A DNA stretch of 64,000 nt from a virus (IMGVR_UViG_3300042197_004918:64001-128000), one strand, 5' to 3'. Counted from the stretch's first letter, positions 40,360-49,901 are shown. Program-made: numbers and translations. Notes: generated from the sequence alone by a model not told the origin.

Positions 40360-41054
40360 AATTTTGAAAGTTTTTCCGCGACATTCCCAAAGGTGTCCGT
40401 GACTATTTCCGACTTTTTAGATGAGAGGTAGTTTAAGAGATTGTTATGAGTCTCCGTGGAAACTGACATATTTCCTTCGCCTATTCCATGAAAGTATAAA
40501 ACCAGCCAGCCTCCGTCTCCGATAGCATTAACTCTATCAACTAAGTCACCCGCACGGGAGGCTTCCACGCCGGGTATCTCAAATCGTGTATTTCGGATGT
40601 GTTCCTTGGCATCGGAACCATACATTGTTCCACCACCAGCGAGTCTAGCAAATTTATGAAATTTCGATACAACGTGAATGTATGATGCCTCGAATTTTCC
40701 CATTGTCGTGATTCCACAGGGATATGCGAATGACGGGACGGAAGAACAACCAAGTTCCATTATGGCTTCGACGCCTCTGGATATTTCTCTTTCTATTCCA
40801 GACTCTCCCAATTCCTCAAAAGTGTTTCCTGACACCGCCCACCTAGCCTCCTTCGGACCGGGGTGAGAGAATGTGTGATTGGCGATTTCATGGTCGCTTT
40901 TCATCACATCTTTCCACCTTGATTCGTTTTTTCTGAAACCGGAAGTTCCCGTATTAACAAAAAACGTCCCTCTCAATTTTCGAGAACTTAGTTCCATAAC
41001 CGCCCTAAAATGGCTCTGTAATGCGTCGTCGTATGTTAGTGAAACGTAAGTCAT
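40356..41054 (-). CDS. polysaccharide deacetylase (NodB/CE4)
   Basis: LTYDD, GTFFV, HEIANHTFSH, FAYPCG, VLYFH. Confidence 0.9.
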   Translation of the reverse strand: MTYVSLTYDDALQSHFRAVMELSSRKLRGTFFVNTGTSGFRKNESRWKDVMKSDHEIANHTFSHPGPKEARWAVSGNTFEELGESGIEREISRGVEAIMELGCSSVPSFAYPCGITTMGKFEASYIHVVSKFHKFARLAGGGTMYGSDAKEHIRNTRFEIPGVEASRAGDLVDRVNAIGDGGWLVLYFHGIGEGNMSVSTETHNNLLNYLSSKKSEIVTDTFGNVAEKLSKL

Positions 41055-41296
41055 AAGTCTTTTTCGGTCAATCTATTAACCGTGGATAGGATTGTTGATT
41101 TACATTCGTCATTATCAGCGGGCACCCAGTCTGGATGTCCATCACACAATTTCGCAGCTCTCAACATCCCTTCTTTAATTGCATCAATCTGAATCTGTTT
41201 GATAATAAACGAATACTCACTCTGCATCAACGGATAGCCATCTTGTCTATCAATCGCTGCTCCTATTTGTTTTGCCCAGTCTTCTGCGGGTTTCAT
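41051..41296 (-). CDS. hypothetical protein
   Basis: MKPAEDW.. start. Confidence 0.5.
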   Translation of the reverse strand: MKPAEDWAKQIGAAIDRQDGYPLMQSEYSFIIKQIQIDAIKEGMLRAAKLCDGHPDWVPADNDECKSTILSTVNRLTEKDL

Positions 41297-41300
41297 AGAG

Positions 41301-41663
41301 TTATTGCCTTTCTGCCCAATCCCACGCCCAAATCCAAGCTCCGATTGTCGCCAAAAACCCAGCCAAATAGTGAAACGGTGTAGGAGACTCCTTGTATGCG
41401 TGCCATAGAGATGACAAAGCAAGGAAAGCAAGGAATAATACAACGATTAGAACGAAGCATCCGATGACCAACATTGTTCCGCTAGTAATAAGTTCGGCGA
41501 CAATTTTTCTCCAACTTTGTTTTTTTAGATATGCGAAGTAATTTTTCATATTATTTGTCAGTAGCTTAGTCCCTCTTAAAAAGTATCCATAGATCACTAA
41601 TCCGATATACAAAACCACAAGTGTTCCTATTGCTATAATAAATTCCAACATTTCATCACTCAT
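41301..41663 (-). CDS. hypothetical membrane protein
   Basis: three hydrophobic segments. Confidence 0.55.
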   Translation of the reverse strand: MSDEMLEFIIAIGTLVVLYIGLVIYGYFLRGTKLLTNNMKNYFAYLKKQSWRKIVAELITSGTMLVIGCFVLIVVLFLAFLALSSLWHAYKESPTPFHYLAGFLATIGAWIWAWDWAERQ

Positions 41664-41665
41664 AA

Positions 41666-42142
41666 TTAATCCTTCATCGAATACTCAGCAATAAACATCT
41701 GCAATCTGAGAATCAAATTTGCGACCATCCCGACAAGGGTAGGAATGAAAGCCGTGCTAAGACCATTCTTAATCGCGCCTATGAGAGAATTAACATCGCT
41801 GCCCATACCGAGGAACATCATAACGAGGCCGACGATGGTGGAGAGAAGCCCGAGGTCGAAACATATCTCCGAAGCGAATCTCACTAATCCTATCTCTTTT
41901 AAGATAACATCTTTTTCGGGATAATACGCAGAGGAACATCTATATGTTGCGTTCCACACATCAATTTCTTTTGATACTTTCCCCATTAAACACGCCGCTG
42001 CCGTGGCAACTGCAATGATGACGAATCCTAAATAAGAGCTGTCGTATTTAAGAAGCCCTGTGAATGCTCCGGCTTTTCCTGCGAAGTAACATCCGACTGT
42101 TGTAGATGCCATTATGATTGTCCAACGTGTGAATATTTTCAT
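41666..42142 (-). CDS. MotA/TolQ/ExbB proton-channel-like protein
   Basis: 'LGLLSTIVGLVMMF...GLSTAFIPTLVGMVANLIL'. Confidence 0.75.
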   Translation of the reverse strand: MKIFTRWTIIMASTTVGCYFAGKAGAFTGLLKYDSSYLGFVIIAVATAAACLMGKVSKEIDVWNATYRCSSAYYPEKDVILKEIGLVRFASEICFDLGLLSTIVGLVMMFLGMGSDVNSLIGAIKNGLSTAFIPTLVGMVANLILRLQMFIAEYSMKD

Positions 42143-42146
42143 TATC

Positions 42147-42971
42147 TTAATTATTGGTTCTAGTTGTCGGTGTATTTGTGACTCCGATAAAATTGTTTGT
42201 AGAGAACCTAAACGGGAAACCATTGGTTCCTTCTGGAACCATAAAAAGTTTAACAATAGGTCTGATTGGGTCGCCCATATAGTCTCGATTGTAGTGCCAC
42301 GGCGGGTTTATACCCGATTCATACGCTACCTTCTCAATCATCTTAGAATAAGGCTTGTTGGTGAATCTGTCAAGGTGGAACGAATAGAAATTGCTTACAG
42401 TAAGTTGGCAATATAAATCGAACGACATATCAATGGGTCGTTCAATTTTAGCTCTGACCGTATGTTCTACGTCAAGATTGCTTGCGTGAAGACACTCGTG
42501 AATAACAGTGCTTCCGAAATCTCTCATCGCATTCAAGTCGTGAATACTAGGCGGTTTCAGTGACGTGGTTATTGCGATAAACGCCCTCCACGGTTCTCTA
42601 TATTGATGGAACACTGTCATTCCAAGAAGGGAGTTGTTGGTTCCCATGCTTGTCAACATATCATCCGACCAATACATATTTTTGTAATCTACATTGTATT
42701 TGATTCCAGTGATGTTCTCCATAAACGTGACTGCGAGTTGAGCCACAGCAACATCTTGTGTAGAAAACTTTCGTGAAAACGTCCAATCTACACCAGCAAA
42801 TTCGTCGTTTTCTCGTGGGACATTGATTTTTACTGCTGACATCCTCTTGCCGGTTACGTTTTCTAATTGAATCGGTGTTCTAGGGTCAGCGACCGTAGTA
42901 AATGACTCTGGTTTTTCTTTACATCCTAGTAAAAATAGGAGCCCAATAATAGTTAATGTAACGATTTTCAT
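42147..42971 (-). CDS. lipoprotein zinc metallopeptidase-like
   Basis: LLGC lipobox; IHECLHA (HExxH). Confidence 0.6.
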   Translation of the reverse strand: MKIVTLTIIGLLFLLGCKEKPESFTTVADPRTPIQLENVTGKRMSAVKINVPRENDEFAGVDWTFSRKFSTQDVAVAQLAVTFMENITGIKYNVDYKNMYWSDDMLTSMGTNNSLLGMTVFHQYREPWRAFIAITTSLKPPSIHDLNAMRDFGSTVIHECLHASNLDVEHTVRAKIERPIDMSFDLYCQLTVSNFYSFHLDRFTNKPYSKMIEKVAYESGINPPWHYNRDYMGDPIRPIVKLFMVPEGTNGFPFRFSTNNFIGVTNTPTTRTNN

Positions 42972-43014
42972 AACACACTTGACCGCAAATAATACGTATC
43001 AATTTGTAACCAGA

Positions 43015-43416
43015 TTAATTGAATTTGTTTTCTGGAAACACATCTAATTCTGGATTCCAAACTCCTTGAGAAATCATCTTTTCCTTGAGTCGTTTTCTAG
43101 GTTGCATTTTTCTCTTTTTTGCTACAAATTCAACTGTGGCCCAGTCTTCAATCTTTTCGTATAAAGAAAAGAACCCGGGGAGGTCATTCAGTGTCAGACA
43201 ATCCGAGTCAGCACCAGGACCAAAACAGTCATTACAATTTAGGAAGAGAACAATAGTTTCTTCCATAACTTCTTTGTTAAATGGGTCTACAAATTTTCGG
43301 CTATTGCAGAATAGAACGTCTTCATCCAAGAGTTTAGCCAACATGGATTCCTCATTAGGGATACGTTTTCCGTCAATTACGAACCAATATTCGTTTTCAA
43401 TCATAAAATCATTCAT
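43015..43416 (-). CDS. hypothetical protein
   Basis: ORF track. Confidence 0.55.
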   Translation of the reverse strand: MNDFMIENEYWFVIDGKRIPNEESMLAKLLDEDVLFCNSRKFVDPFNKEVMEETIVLFLNCNDCFGPGADSDCLTLNDLPGFFSLYEKIEDWATVEFVAKKRKMQPRKRLKEKMISQGVWNPELDVFPENKFN

Positions 43417-43796
43417 TGCATGAAGAGGATGTCTACCCGGAGTCCAGTTTCCGTGGAACAGATAGCAACGTTTCTCCCGTAATCCTTATCCGCATAGACT
43501 CTGAAGTTTTCTCTCGCCGATTCACTCATGGTTACACCTAAAGATTCAAGAAGCGCGTTCTTATCAAAGGGCATCTCTGGATTATGCGGATATGCAATCA
43601 CGTCGAAGTCTTTTGTGGATTTCCCCTTGAATAGAACTGATCCTGTAAATCCGAGGTGGAAGTTCTGTGCTGCCGCAATTGGTTCTTTCTCTCGTATCCA
43701 ATTTATTGCGATTTCGGGTGTAATGGTCATAGTTTGTTTATTATGTATGATTCTATTGTTCTGGACGTAGGTATCCACCGCGTAAGTCTTCTCCAT
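43413..43796 (-). CDS. minimal nucleotidyltransferase-like protein
   Basis: GFTGSVL..G.S.KDFDV...RVDIL (Pol-beta GS/DxD/D); start uncertain. Confidence 0.6.
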   Translation of the reverse strand: MEKTYAVDTYVQNNRIIHNKQTMTITPEIAINWIREKEPIAAAQNFHLGFTGSVLFKGKSTKDFDVIAYPHNPEMPFDKNALLESLGVTMSESARENFRVYADKDYGRNVAICSTETGLRVDILFMQ

Positions 43797-44338
43797 GTTT
43801 TGAATATCTGATGAATTGCATTCTCCAGTGGTTTGGGTTTCATCGAATTGAAGAGGGCGTCTAATCTGGCTTCTCTTTCAGACCTATCTCTACGCTCAAA
43901 CTTCAACAGTTTTACATCTGACATGATGGAGTTTGAAAACGTGACTTCGTATTCTATCCAATAATCGAATTTGGTAGTATATTCATACCGTTCATCCATA
44001 GGCGAATAGAATTCGTGGATTGTGATGGTTTTATTGTGAACATAATAAGGGACCCACGTTATGTTATATTTTACTGACTTTTGGAGATTGGTGCTGATGT
44101 CAAATAGTTCGGAATATTTCTTAGAATACTCCGGGTCGTCCACGTATTTTAAATCATACTTCTCAGCCCAGAGAGTTCCGTCTTCACGCAGTTCGTAACT
44201 ACCCATTCCCCTTCCAAGGCCTTTTGTCTGAAAAGAAACCAAGCTTTCGATTGACTTCCCGCCAAACTCTGATAATAATCCCTCATCTTTTGGGAGGGGA
44301 AGCTTGATTTTACATCTTATTGTGTCGTATAATCCCAT
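43727..44338 (-). CDS. conserved phage hypothetical protein
   Basis: MGLYD.I.C..FQTK..WIEY..F. Confidence 0.6.
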   Translation of the reverse strand: MGLYDTIRCKIKLPLPKDEGLLSEFGGKSIESLVSFQTKGLGRGMGSYELREDGTLWAEKYDLKYVDDPEYSKKYSELFDISTNLQKSVKYNITWVPYYVHNKTITIHEFYSPMDERYEYTTKFDYWIEYEVTFSNSIMSDVKLLKFERRDRSEREARLDALFNSMKPKPLENAIHQIFKTWRRLTRWIPTSRTIESYIINKL

Positions 44339-44347
44339 AATAAATCC

Positions 44348-44626
44348 TTATTTTCTGAAAATTAAGTCTGAAAGGTGTTGGTGGAGTTCGGTGAGCGCAT
44401 CTTGTTTGCCCTTCAAAACTCCCTCATCGTATGCACGAGTGTTAACTATGGTCAACAATTCTCCCATATCGTGAACATGAAAATCCAACGGAACGTATAT
44501 TCTTCTGAAATGTAAATGCCATACGGAGTGTCTATCTGATATGTCTGCTACCGGCAGCCCGCCCATGAATTTCAAATAATTGACCGTTGCTTCATCGGGA
44601 TGATCTCTGTGTGCGTAGTATGCCAT
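44348..44626 (-). CDS. hypothetical protein
   Basis: ORF track. Confidence 0.5.
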   Translation of the reverse strand: MAYYAHRDHPDEATVNYLKFMGGLPVADISDRHSVWHLHFRRIYVPLDFHVHDMGELLTIVNTRAYDEGVLKGKQDALTELHQHLSDLIFRK

Positions 44627-44627
44627 A

Positions 44628-44945
44628 TTACTTTGTTGTAGGTGGTGGAACAGCTAGATATGCGATGGAAGAAAGATTGTGGTTTGAAACGGTTCTTGGG
44701 TCAACTCTCGTTCCATCCTCGAACGCTGATTTTGTTGCTTCCGTCATCTTTAAAAGGTCGGTAAGACTTAAATTATGTCGTTTCTTTGAAAATGCTTCGA
44801 TTGCACCTAACAAGTCTGATAGTTCAACCAGTGCCATGACCGGGTTTTCCGTTTCGAGCGCATCCTTAAATTCGAGGTATTCTTCGTCAATTTTACTAAC
44901 CTCTCCTAAAACTCCCTTTGGTATTTTATTTTTGTGGTATCCCAT
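44628..44945 (-). CDS. MazG/HisE-like all-alpha NTP pyrophosphatase
   Basis: KIDEEYLEF.DA...ELSDL.GAI. Confidence 0.7.
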   Translation of the reverse strand: MGYHKNKIPKGVLGEVSKIDEEYLEFKDALETENPVMALVELSDLLGAIEAFSKKRHNLSLTDLLKMTEATKSAFEDGTRVDPRTVSNHNLSSIAYLAVPPPTTK

Positions 44946-45501
44946 ATTTTTCCATTACTCGTGACAACCGTGGTTCCGCTACACCAGTAGCATACACCCA
45001 ACTCAAAAAGTCACAACTTCTTATACCATAACTTCCAAGTTCGATATTGTCAAATGAAATGTCGTATTCTCTTCCGGGAACGATGGTTTGAATCACAACT
45101 CGGTCGCCGAGCCTAGTTTGAAAAAAATCGAACGCTGTGCCCAACACGTAATCCAAAGAATCTTCATCAACTTGGTCGGTTTTAATGAGTTCGTTTTTTA
45201 AGAAATACTTGGTATGAAATGAATCGAATGAATCTTCACGGAAGCATGGAGTCACGGTCTGAAACTGGCCCTTGGGTAGAAACCCCTTATTGTAAAGATA
45301 TAAAAACGATTGTTCTCCGGAAGCCACAAGGACTTTGTTTTTCTCCTTGATGGTGAAATCTGGAAGAGTTTCTCCTGGGCCGAATACGGGCTTAGTTATA
45401 TCGGAGATAGCCTTCGTCACCGTCCACGGGCTTTCTACTCTCTTAAAACCACGTTTTTCGTAGAATTCTATTGAATCTTGGATGTTCTTGTAATTTATCA
45501 T
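44926..45501 (-). CDS. stand-alone class II aminoacyl-tRNA synthetase catalytic-core paralog
   Basis: GF..VESPW, motif 2 TPCFRE, ELGSYG, motif 3-like ATGVAEPR; no anticodon-binding domain. Confidence 0.7.
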   Translation of the reverse strand: MINYKNIQDSIEFYEKRGFKRVESPWTVTKAISDITKPVFGPGETLPDFTIKEKNKVLVASGEQSFLYLYNKGFLPKGQFQTVTPCFREDSFDSFHTKYFLKNELIKTDQVDEDSLDYVLGTAFDFFQTRLGDRVVIQTIVPGREYDISFDNIELGSYGIRSCDFLSWVYATGVAEPRLSRVMEKYGIPQK

Positions 45502-45764
45502 ACAGTTGGTTTTAACTTTAGAATGTCAGTCAATACTCCGCCAGTAGCAAGAACTAAATGAACGTAATCTAGGTTATCATCTATTAGGACGCCGCCGAAA
45601 ATGTCTCCATTCATAGGTTTCCATAGATATTCGGCTCCAGCGAAGTGACGTTTATGTTCGTCCGTGAGTTGTGAAATGTCCGTGAAAGATGCGGCAATTT
45701 TTGTTTTCTTTCCAGACTTCAACCAACCGTCTAACAGTGATTCCAGTTCTTTTACGGTTCTCAT
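45498..45764 (-). CDS. hypothetical protein
   Basis: coupled ORF. Confidence 0.5.
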   Translation of the reverse strand: MRTVKELESLLDGWLKSGKKTKIAASFTDISQLTDEHKRHFAGAEYLWKPMNGDIFGGVLIDDNLDYVHLVLATGGVLTDILKLKPTV

Positions 45765-45991
45765 AAATCAATTATTTCCACATCAAACTCATTCTTACTA
45801 CAGAGTTCTCCGTCCGTGCTTCCATCGGGCATCATTCCTCTCACACAAATTCCCCATCCCAGGTCGTCTTCTTCCCATTTTTCCAAAGTGATATGTTTCT
45901 TTAATTCGTATTCCTCATTATAGTCATACACTTGGGTCCCTGACCTAAACCACGAAGAAGGTTCTTTTACTGTAAGTTTTACGTATTTCAT
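45761..45991 (-). CDS. hypothetical protein
   Basis: coupled ORF. Confidence 0.5.
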   Translation of the reverse strand: MKYVKLTVKEPSSWFRSGTQVYDYNEEYELKKHITLEKWEEDDLGWGICVRGMMPDGSTDGELCSKNEFDVEIIDL

Positions 45992-46245
45992 ATCAATATC
46001 AATGCCAACTTTTCTTTTCTCGAAAGTTTCTTTATTTGGTGTTCACGCTTTAATGCTTCGGATTTGGTTTTTAACTCTTCTGAATACACTAATGTCACCG
46101 GTGTTCTTCGTCGAGTATATTTAGCGCCCTTCCCACGATTATGAGTCTTTACTCGTTTTTCCAAATCATCGGTGTAGCCACAATATAATGTGTTATCTAC
46201 ACATCTCAGTAGGTATACAAAGTAAACTTTTGTGATATTATTCAT
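45988..46245 (-). CDS. GIY-YIG nuclease (YhbQ/UPF0213-like)
   Basis: FVYLLRC.D..LYCGYT.DL..R...HN.GKGAKYT...ALKRE..IK. Confidence 0.9.
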   Translation of the reverse strand: MNNITKVYFVYLLRCVDNTLYCGYTDDLEKRVKTHNRGKGAKYTRRRTPVTLVYSEELKTKSEALKREHQIKKLSRKEKLALILI

Positions 46246-46447
46246 TTATTCCTGCGAACTCTTCCGCTCCAGAACTTACATCGGAATAAAAAAACCTTGT
46301 GTTTCCGTGGACATTAAGTTCCAAATTTCTTTCTAAATCCATCCTTGAACAATTCTCAAGGGTTGAATAAATTTGGTCAGTTGACTTCTGAAACAGTCGA
46401 ATAGTGGTATCTCTGACGATTGATATGTTATTCCCCATATAAAGCAT
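46238..46447 (-). CDS. hypothetical protein
   Basis: ORF track. Confidence 0.4.
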   Translation of the reverse strand: MLYMGNNISIVRDTTIRLFQKSTDQIYSTLENCSRMDLERNLELNVHGNTRFFYSDVSSGAEEFAGINE

Positions 46448-46670
46448 AAACTAGGTTTAAATCTGATATTGTCCGAACGGCACTTTCGATTGGAATTGAA
46501 ATAGATTGTGCTTCTATTCTATCCATTGTTTCTTTTGAAATTTCGTATAAGCATCTATTTGTCGAATTATGGTCTACCGAGTGGCTAAATTTTTCAAATA
46601 CCCTATCAATTCGTCTGTTTGCTGACAGTTTCATTTCATGTCTATGTAATGGAACACTAGCCCTGCCCAT
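46428..46670 (-). CDS. hypothetical protein
   Basis: ORF track; true start probably 46634. Confidence 0.4.
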   Translation of the reverse strand: MGRASVPLHRHEMKLSANRRIDRVFEKFSHSVDHNSTNRCLYEISKETMDRIEAQSISIPIESAVRTISDLNLVYALYGE

Positions 46671-46924
46671 TCATCTTGAAGAAAATCGACTTCATCCGAA
46701 TTTAATCTCGAAGAAATGGTTTTTGGCATATCAAGATAATCGGGGTAATCAAACGAACAAGCAAGGTCATCACTTAACGACTCACATTCACGTTTGGTTA
46801 ACAACCTCATGCCATGTTCTGTAGCATATTCCTTTATTATTCGTTTTCCATTTCGATTAAACCACTCAACTGCCTTTTTGAGAGTTTTAGTGACTCGGCC
46901 GTAAGGATAGTCGGATGATTTCAT
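46631..46924 (-). CDS. hypothetical protein
   Basis: coupled ORF. Confidence 0.5.
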   Translation of the reverse strand: MKSSDYPYGRVTKTLKKAVEWFNRNGKRIIKEYATEHGMRLLTKRECESLSDDLACSFDYPDYLDMPKTISSRLNSDEVDFLQDEWAGLVFHYIDMK

Positions 46925-48039
46925 ACAGCCACCGCCGCTTTAATTGCATCCTGCGGATGGTATCCGGTCAATTCTATGTCTTCAAATTTTATATCAAATA
47001 TGGATTTGCCCGGAGTCTTAATCGTCACTCTTGGAAGTTCTCCGGGATGTCTTCCCAGTTGAGTCTTGGACTGTTCGACATGATTCTCATACAAGTGTAG
47101 GTCAGCTATACTTGCTACCAACGTTCCTACCACCATGTTTAGTTGATTTGCTACCAGATGGGTTAATAGGGCGTAGAATGCGTCATTATAAGGCTTTCCT
47201 AAGAAAATATCGTTTGACCTCATCGAATAGTAACAATTCAATCGCCTGGTAGGAATGTTATGATACTTTCTTTCTCCCTCCGAACCGTTTCCGGTGAAAG
47301 GTTTATCTTTTGGCCAACACTTTTCGTGAAGCAATCTGTTTTGTTCATCCAACGTCAGCTCTTCCGTCCCAAATTGAATATAGTTGTGACAGGCAGGAAG
47401 AACCGCATCTTCCTTTCGGTTACTGTGGAACGGGTGCCATGCTGAAATGATTATCCTACGACTGTCTGGGTTTGTTTTTAAATCGTTTAAGGCGGTTGAC
47501 AACTGGTCGATTTCGATACTGTCTTCTTCATACGACATATCCGCGCCTGCCTGCCACGTTCTAGCCGGAAATCTCCGCCACAGACCACCGTAAGCAAACT
47601 TTCCCACGCTACCGAATCGAAATGCAAAGATTTCGTTGTCAACAATCCGTTGTTCAAATTCTTTTTGTGTAAACGGTCGGTTACTTCTAGCACCAATATC
47701 CATGCCATAAAATGTTCCTCCCTCGGTGCAAATTGCCATACCGTTTTCTTCATAATGTTTGAGATATGACTGATACGGCCACTCCGTCCAGAAAGTCACT
47801 CCGTTTTGAAGCAAATAACGGATGTTTGTGTCTCCGTGAATCATCCACAAAAGTTCGTGAACCACACTTTTCCAATACATCTTCTTTGTGGTCATCAAAG
47901 GAAATCCCTGATTCAGGTCAATGTGTGTCTGCCGGCCCCATACCTTACGGGTATCAATTCCTGTTCTGTTTGAGGATTTTCTACCGTTTGAAAATACATC
48001 GAATAACAATGCAAAGTAATCTGATTCGTATTTATTCAT
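46921..48039 (-). CDS. thyA: thymidylate synthase
   Basis: NRTGIDT, FPLMTTKK, ELLW, PDSRRII, LPACH, RSND.FLG.PYN, DLHLYENH. Confidence 0.95.
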   Translation of the reverse strand: MNKYESDYFALLFDVFSNGRKSSNRTGIDTRKVWGRQTHIDLNQGFPLMTTKKMYWKSVVHELLWMIHGDTNIRYLLQNGVTFWTEWPYQSYLKHYEENGMAICTEGGTFYGMDIGARSNRPFTQKEFEQRIVDNEIFAFRFGSVGKFAYGGLWRRFPARTWQAGADMSYEEDSIEIDQLSTALNDLKTNPDSRRIIISAWHPFHSNRKEDAVLPACHNYIQFGTEELTLDEQNRLLHEKCWPKDKPFTGNGSEGERKYHNIPTRRLNCYYSMRSNDIFLGKPYNDAFYALLTHLVANQLNMVVGTLVASIADLHLYENHVEQSKTQLGRHPGELPRVTIKTPGKSIFDIKFEDIELTGYHPQDAIKAAVAV

Positions 48040-48226
48040 ATTCTTCTTTAATAATCTCCAAAAGACTTTGTAGTTCGTCTTTATCAATGCCACCGTTCAT
48101 ATAGGCCACGAACGGATAGTAACCTTTTTTAATCTCAACTGTGGCAGCACTGTTCTCATATACATCAGTTTTCTCTATGAGACTCCACTGATGGCCGCCG
48201 ATATACTCCCATTTTCTGTTTTTCAT
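48032..48226 (-). CDS. hypothetical protein
   Basis: coupled ORF. Confidence 0.45.
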   Translation of the reverse strand: MKNRKWEYIGGHQWSLIEKTDVYENSAATVEIKKGYYPFVAYMNGGIDKDELQSLLEIIKEEYE

Positions 48227-48417
48227 AAAATCGGATTAACGTCACGATTTAATTGGACTATAAACGCAACATCAGCTGTATAGGCAGCTTTGGATAATGG
48301 GTCTATGAACAGCATATATGGAGAATTGAGTTCCCAACCTGCTTTTGCTAAAAATTCGTTGATATACTCGACGGCTTCTTTCCCAGCTTCCACTCGTTCA
48401 CTCGTTCTCATATTCAT
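48223..48417 (-). CDS. hypothetical protein
   Basis: coupled ORF. Confidence 0.45.
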   Translation of the reverse strand: MNMRTSERVEAGKEAVEYINEFLAKAGWELNSPYMLFIDPLSKAAYTADVAFIVQLNRDVNPIL

Positions 48418-48427
48418 AAATCAACGG

Positions 48428-48676
48428 TTATCTTTTAACAAATTTACTAAATTTTCGGTATTCATTCGCGTGGTCGTAAGAGTCGAACGACATACGTTTG
48501 TCACAATCAAGACATCTTACCACCACCCAATATTTATCATCCATAGGATCAAAATTTCCCGTATTTGAATCATAATGTGCATCAACACTCTCATGTGAAC
48601 ATTCGGCTTGAAGATTTCTCAACTGAACATTGAGTTTATCAATTTTCTTGATGACGGATTCAATTTTCGTATTCAT
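48428..48676 (-). CDS. small Zn-binding hypothetical protein
   Basis: CSH..CLDC. Confidence 0.5.
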   Translation of the reverse strand: MNTKIESVIKKIDKLNVQLRNLQAECSHESVDAHYDSNTGNFDPMDDKYWVVVRCLDCDKRMSFDSYDHANEYRKFSKFVKR

Positions 48677-48959
48677 AAATCATCTTTTCCACTTTTGCCC
48701 ACTCTTCGTTGGACTTTTTAGCAACAGCAAGTTCTACAGCCATGTGGCCTGCGGCCACTTCTATCTGAGCTTCCACGGAATTCATCTTTTCGGTGAATCC
48801 AAGGGAGAACCTTTCGTCCGATTTTTCCATCCTATCCTTTAATTCCATCAATCTGTCAAATTCTGCAATCCAGAAGTTGGCGGAGGATTTAATCATGGTG
48901 TCGGATTCGCCTTGGTCTATTAACCTCTCACGGGATTTCTTTGTAAGTGTCTTTTTCAT
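48660..48959 (-). CDS. hypothetical helical protein
   Basis: ORF track. Confidence 0.5.
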   Translation of the reverse strand: MKKTLTKKSRERLIDQGESDTMIKSSANFWIAEFDRLMELKDRMEKSDERFSLGFTEKMNSVEAQIEVAAGHMAVELAVAKKSNEEWAKVEKMIYEYEN

Positions 48960-49429
48960 TCGGTGAAGTATTCTCTGACGGTGTTTTCTAGTATTTTTCT
49001 GAGCTGTGGTGGGATGTTGTATTTTTGAGAGTTGATTTCGATGGATTTTCTTATATTTCCATCTTTATTCCGCATCGTAGCAGCTTTCCAGTCGGCCAAC
49101 ATTTCCAATACGTCAACCAACGTCATGTCTTCTACACCATTCGGCCAGTGTTCAGGGTGATGACGGTTCTTTGAATAATGGTGGGTTATGGCCGGGCGGA
49201 CTTCATCCAACAATTTCTTATATTCATCGCTTCCATAAACAGTTTCACCTAATTTGTGAGTGTTAGCTGCGAAGATTTCAAGTTCCGGTTCTTCAAACTT
49301 GGAATTATCGTGGTTTTCTCCACGGATGATTAAATCGGTAACGAACAGATTGAGGTTTTTCTGAACGGTTCTTACGTGTTTATGAGTCTCGGCCAAACAA
49401 TGGCTAATCTCATGGTCTGTAGCTTTCAT
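48956..49429 (-). CDS. DUF5662-like HD-fold protein
   Basis: HV..V, HDNSKF...E, HHY..NRHHPEHW, EMLADW.AA. Confidence 0.8.
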   Translation of the reverse strand: MKATDHEISHCLAETHKHVRTVQKNLNLFVTDLIIRGENHDNSKFEEPELEIFAANTHKLGETVYGSDEYKKLLDEVRPAITHHYSKNRHHPEHWPNGVEDMTLVDVLEMLADWKAATMRNKDGNIRKSIEINSQKYNIPPQLRKILENTVREYFTE

Positions 49430-49430
49430 A

Positions 49431-49901
49431 TCACCGACTATATTTCACAACACGATGTCCGTCAAATTCTTTTACCACCGACTGTGTAGGCAATAAATGT
49501 TCAAACGGAGGCATGAATGTGTCGCCTTCATATTTCCCCGCGACGTGTGTGACGTAAAACTCGGTGATTCTATGTAAGAACTGTTCGTAAATCTTGGCGC
49601 CGCCACAGATTATAACATCTTCCGGTGCTTCGTCGGCAACTATTTTACCACAACTTACAATAAACCACTCTTCAATCGTGGTGTCGCCCTTCATCCAATT
49701 CTCCGTATTGGATGCTACTACAATATGTCTCTTCGGGAGGTATCCCCTACCAAAAGATTCGTAGGTTTTTCTCCCAACCAAAATGGTTTTATCCATAGTG
49801 ATTGATTTGAACCATTTAAAATCCTCTTGGATTGACGGCCAAGGAAGCCTTCCGTTTAACCCCAAGACTCTCCCCTCTGACATGGCAGCAACAGCAATCA
49901 T
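49431..49901 (-). CDS. folA: dihydrofolate reductase
   Basis: AVAA...LG..G.LPW...EDFKWFK..T, GRKTYES, CGGAKIY, GDTFMP. Confidence 0.93.
   Translation of the reverse strand: MIAVAAMSEGRVLGLNGRLPWPSIQEDFKWFKSITMDKTILVGRKTYESFGRGYLPKRHIVVASNTENWMKGDTTIEEWFIVSCGKIVADEAPEDVIICGGAKIYEQFLHRITEFYVTHVAGKYEGDTFMPPFEHLLPTQSVVKEFDGHRVVKYSR

Noticed and set aside
46921-48039. Intein or intron in the long ThyA
   Set aside because: The extra segments are short in-frame loops without intein C/S...HN ends or an interrupted frame
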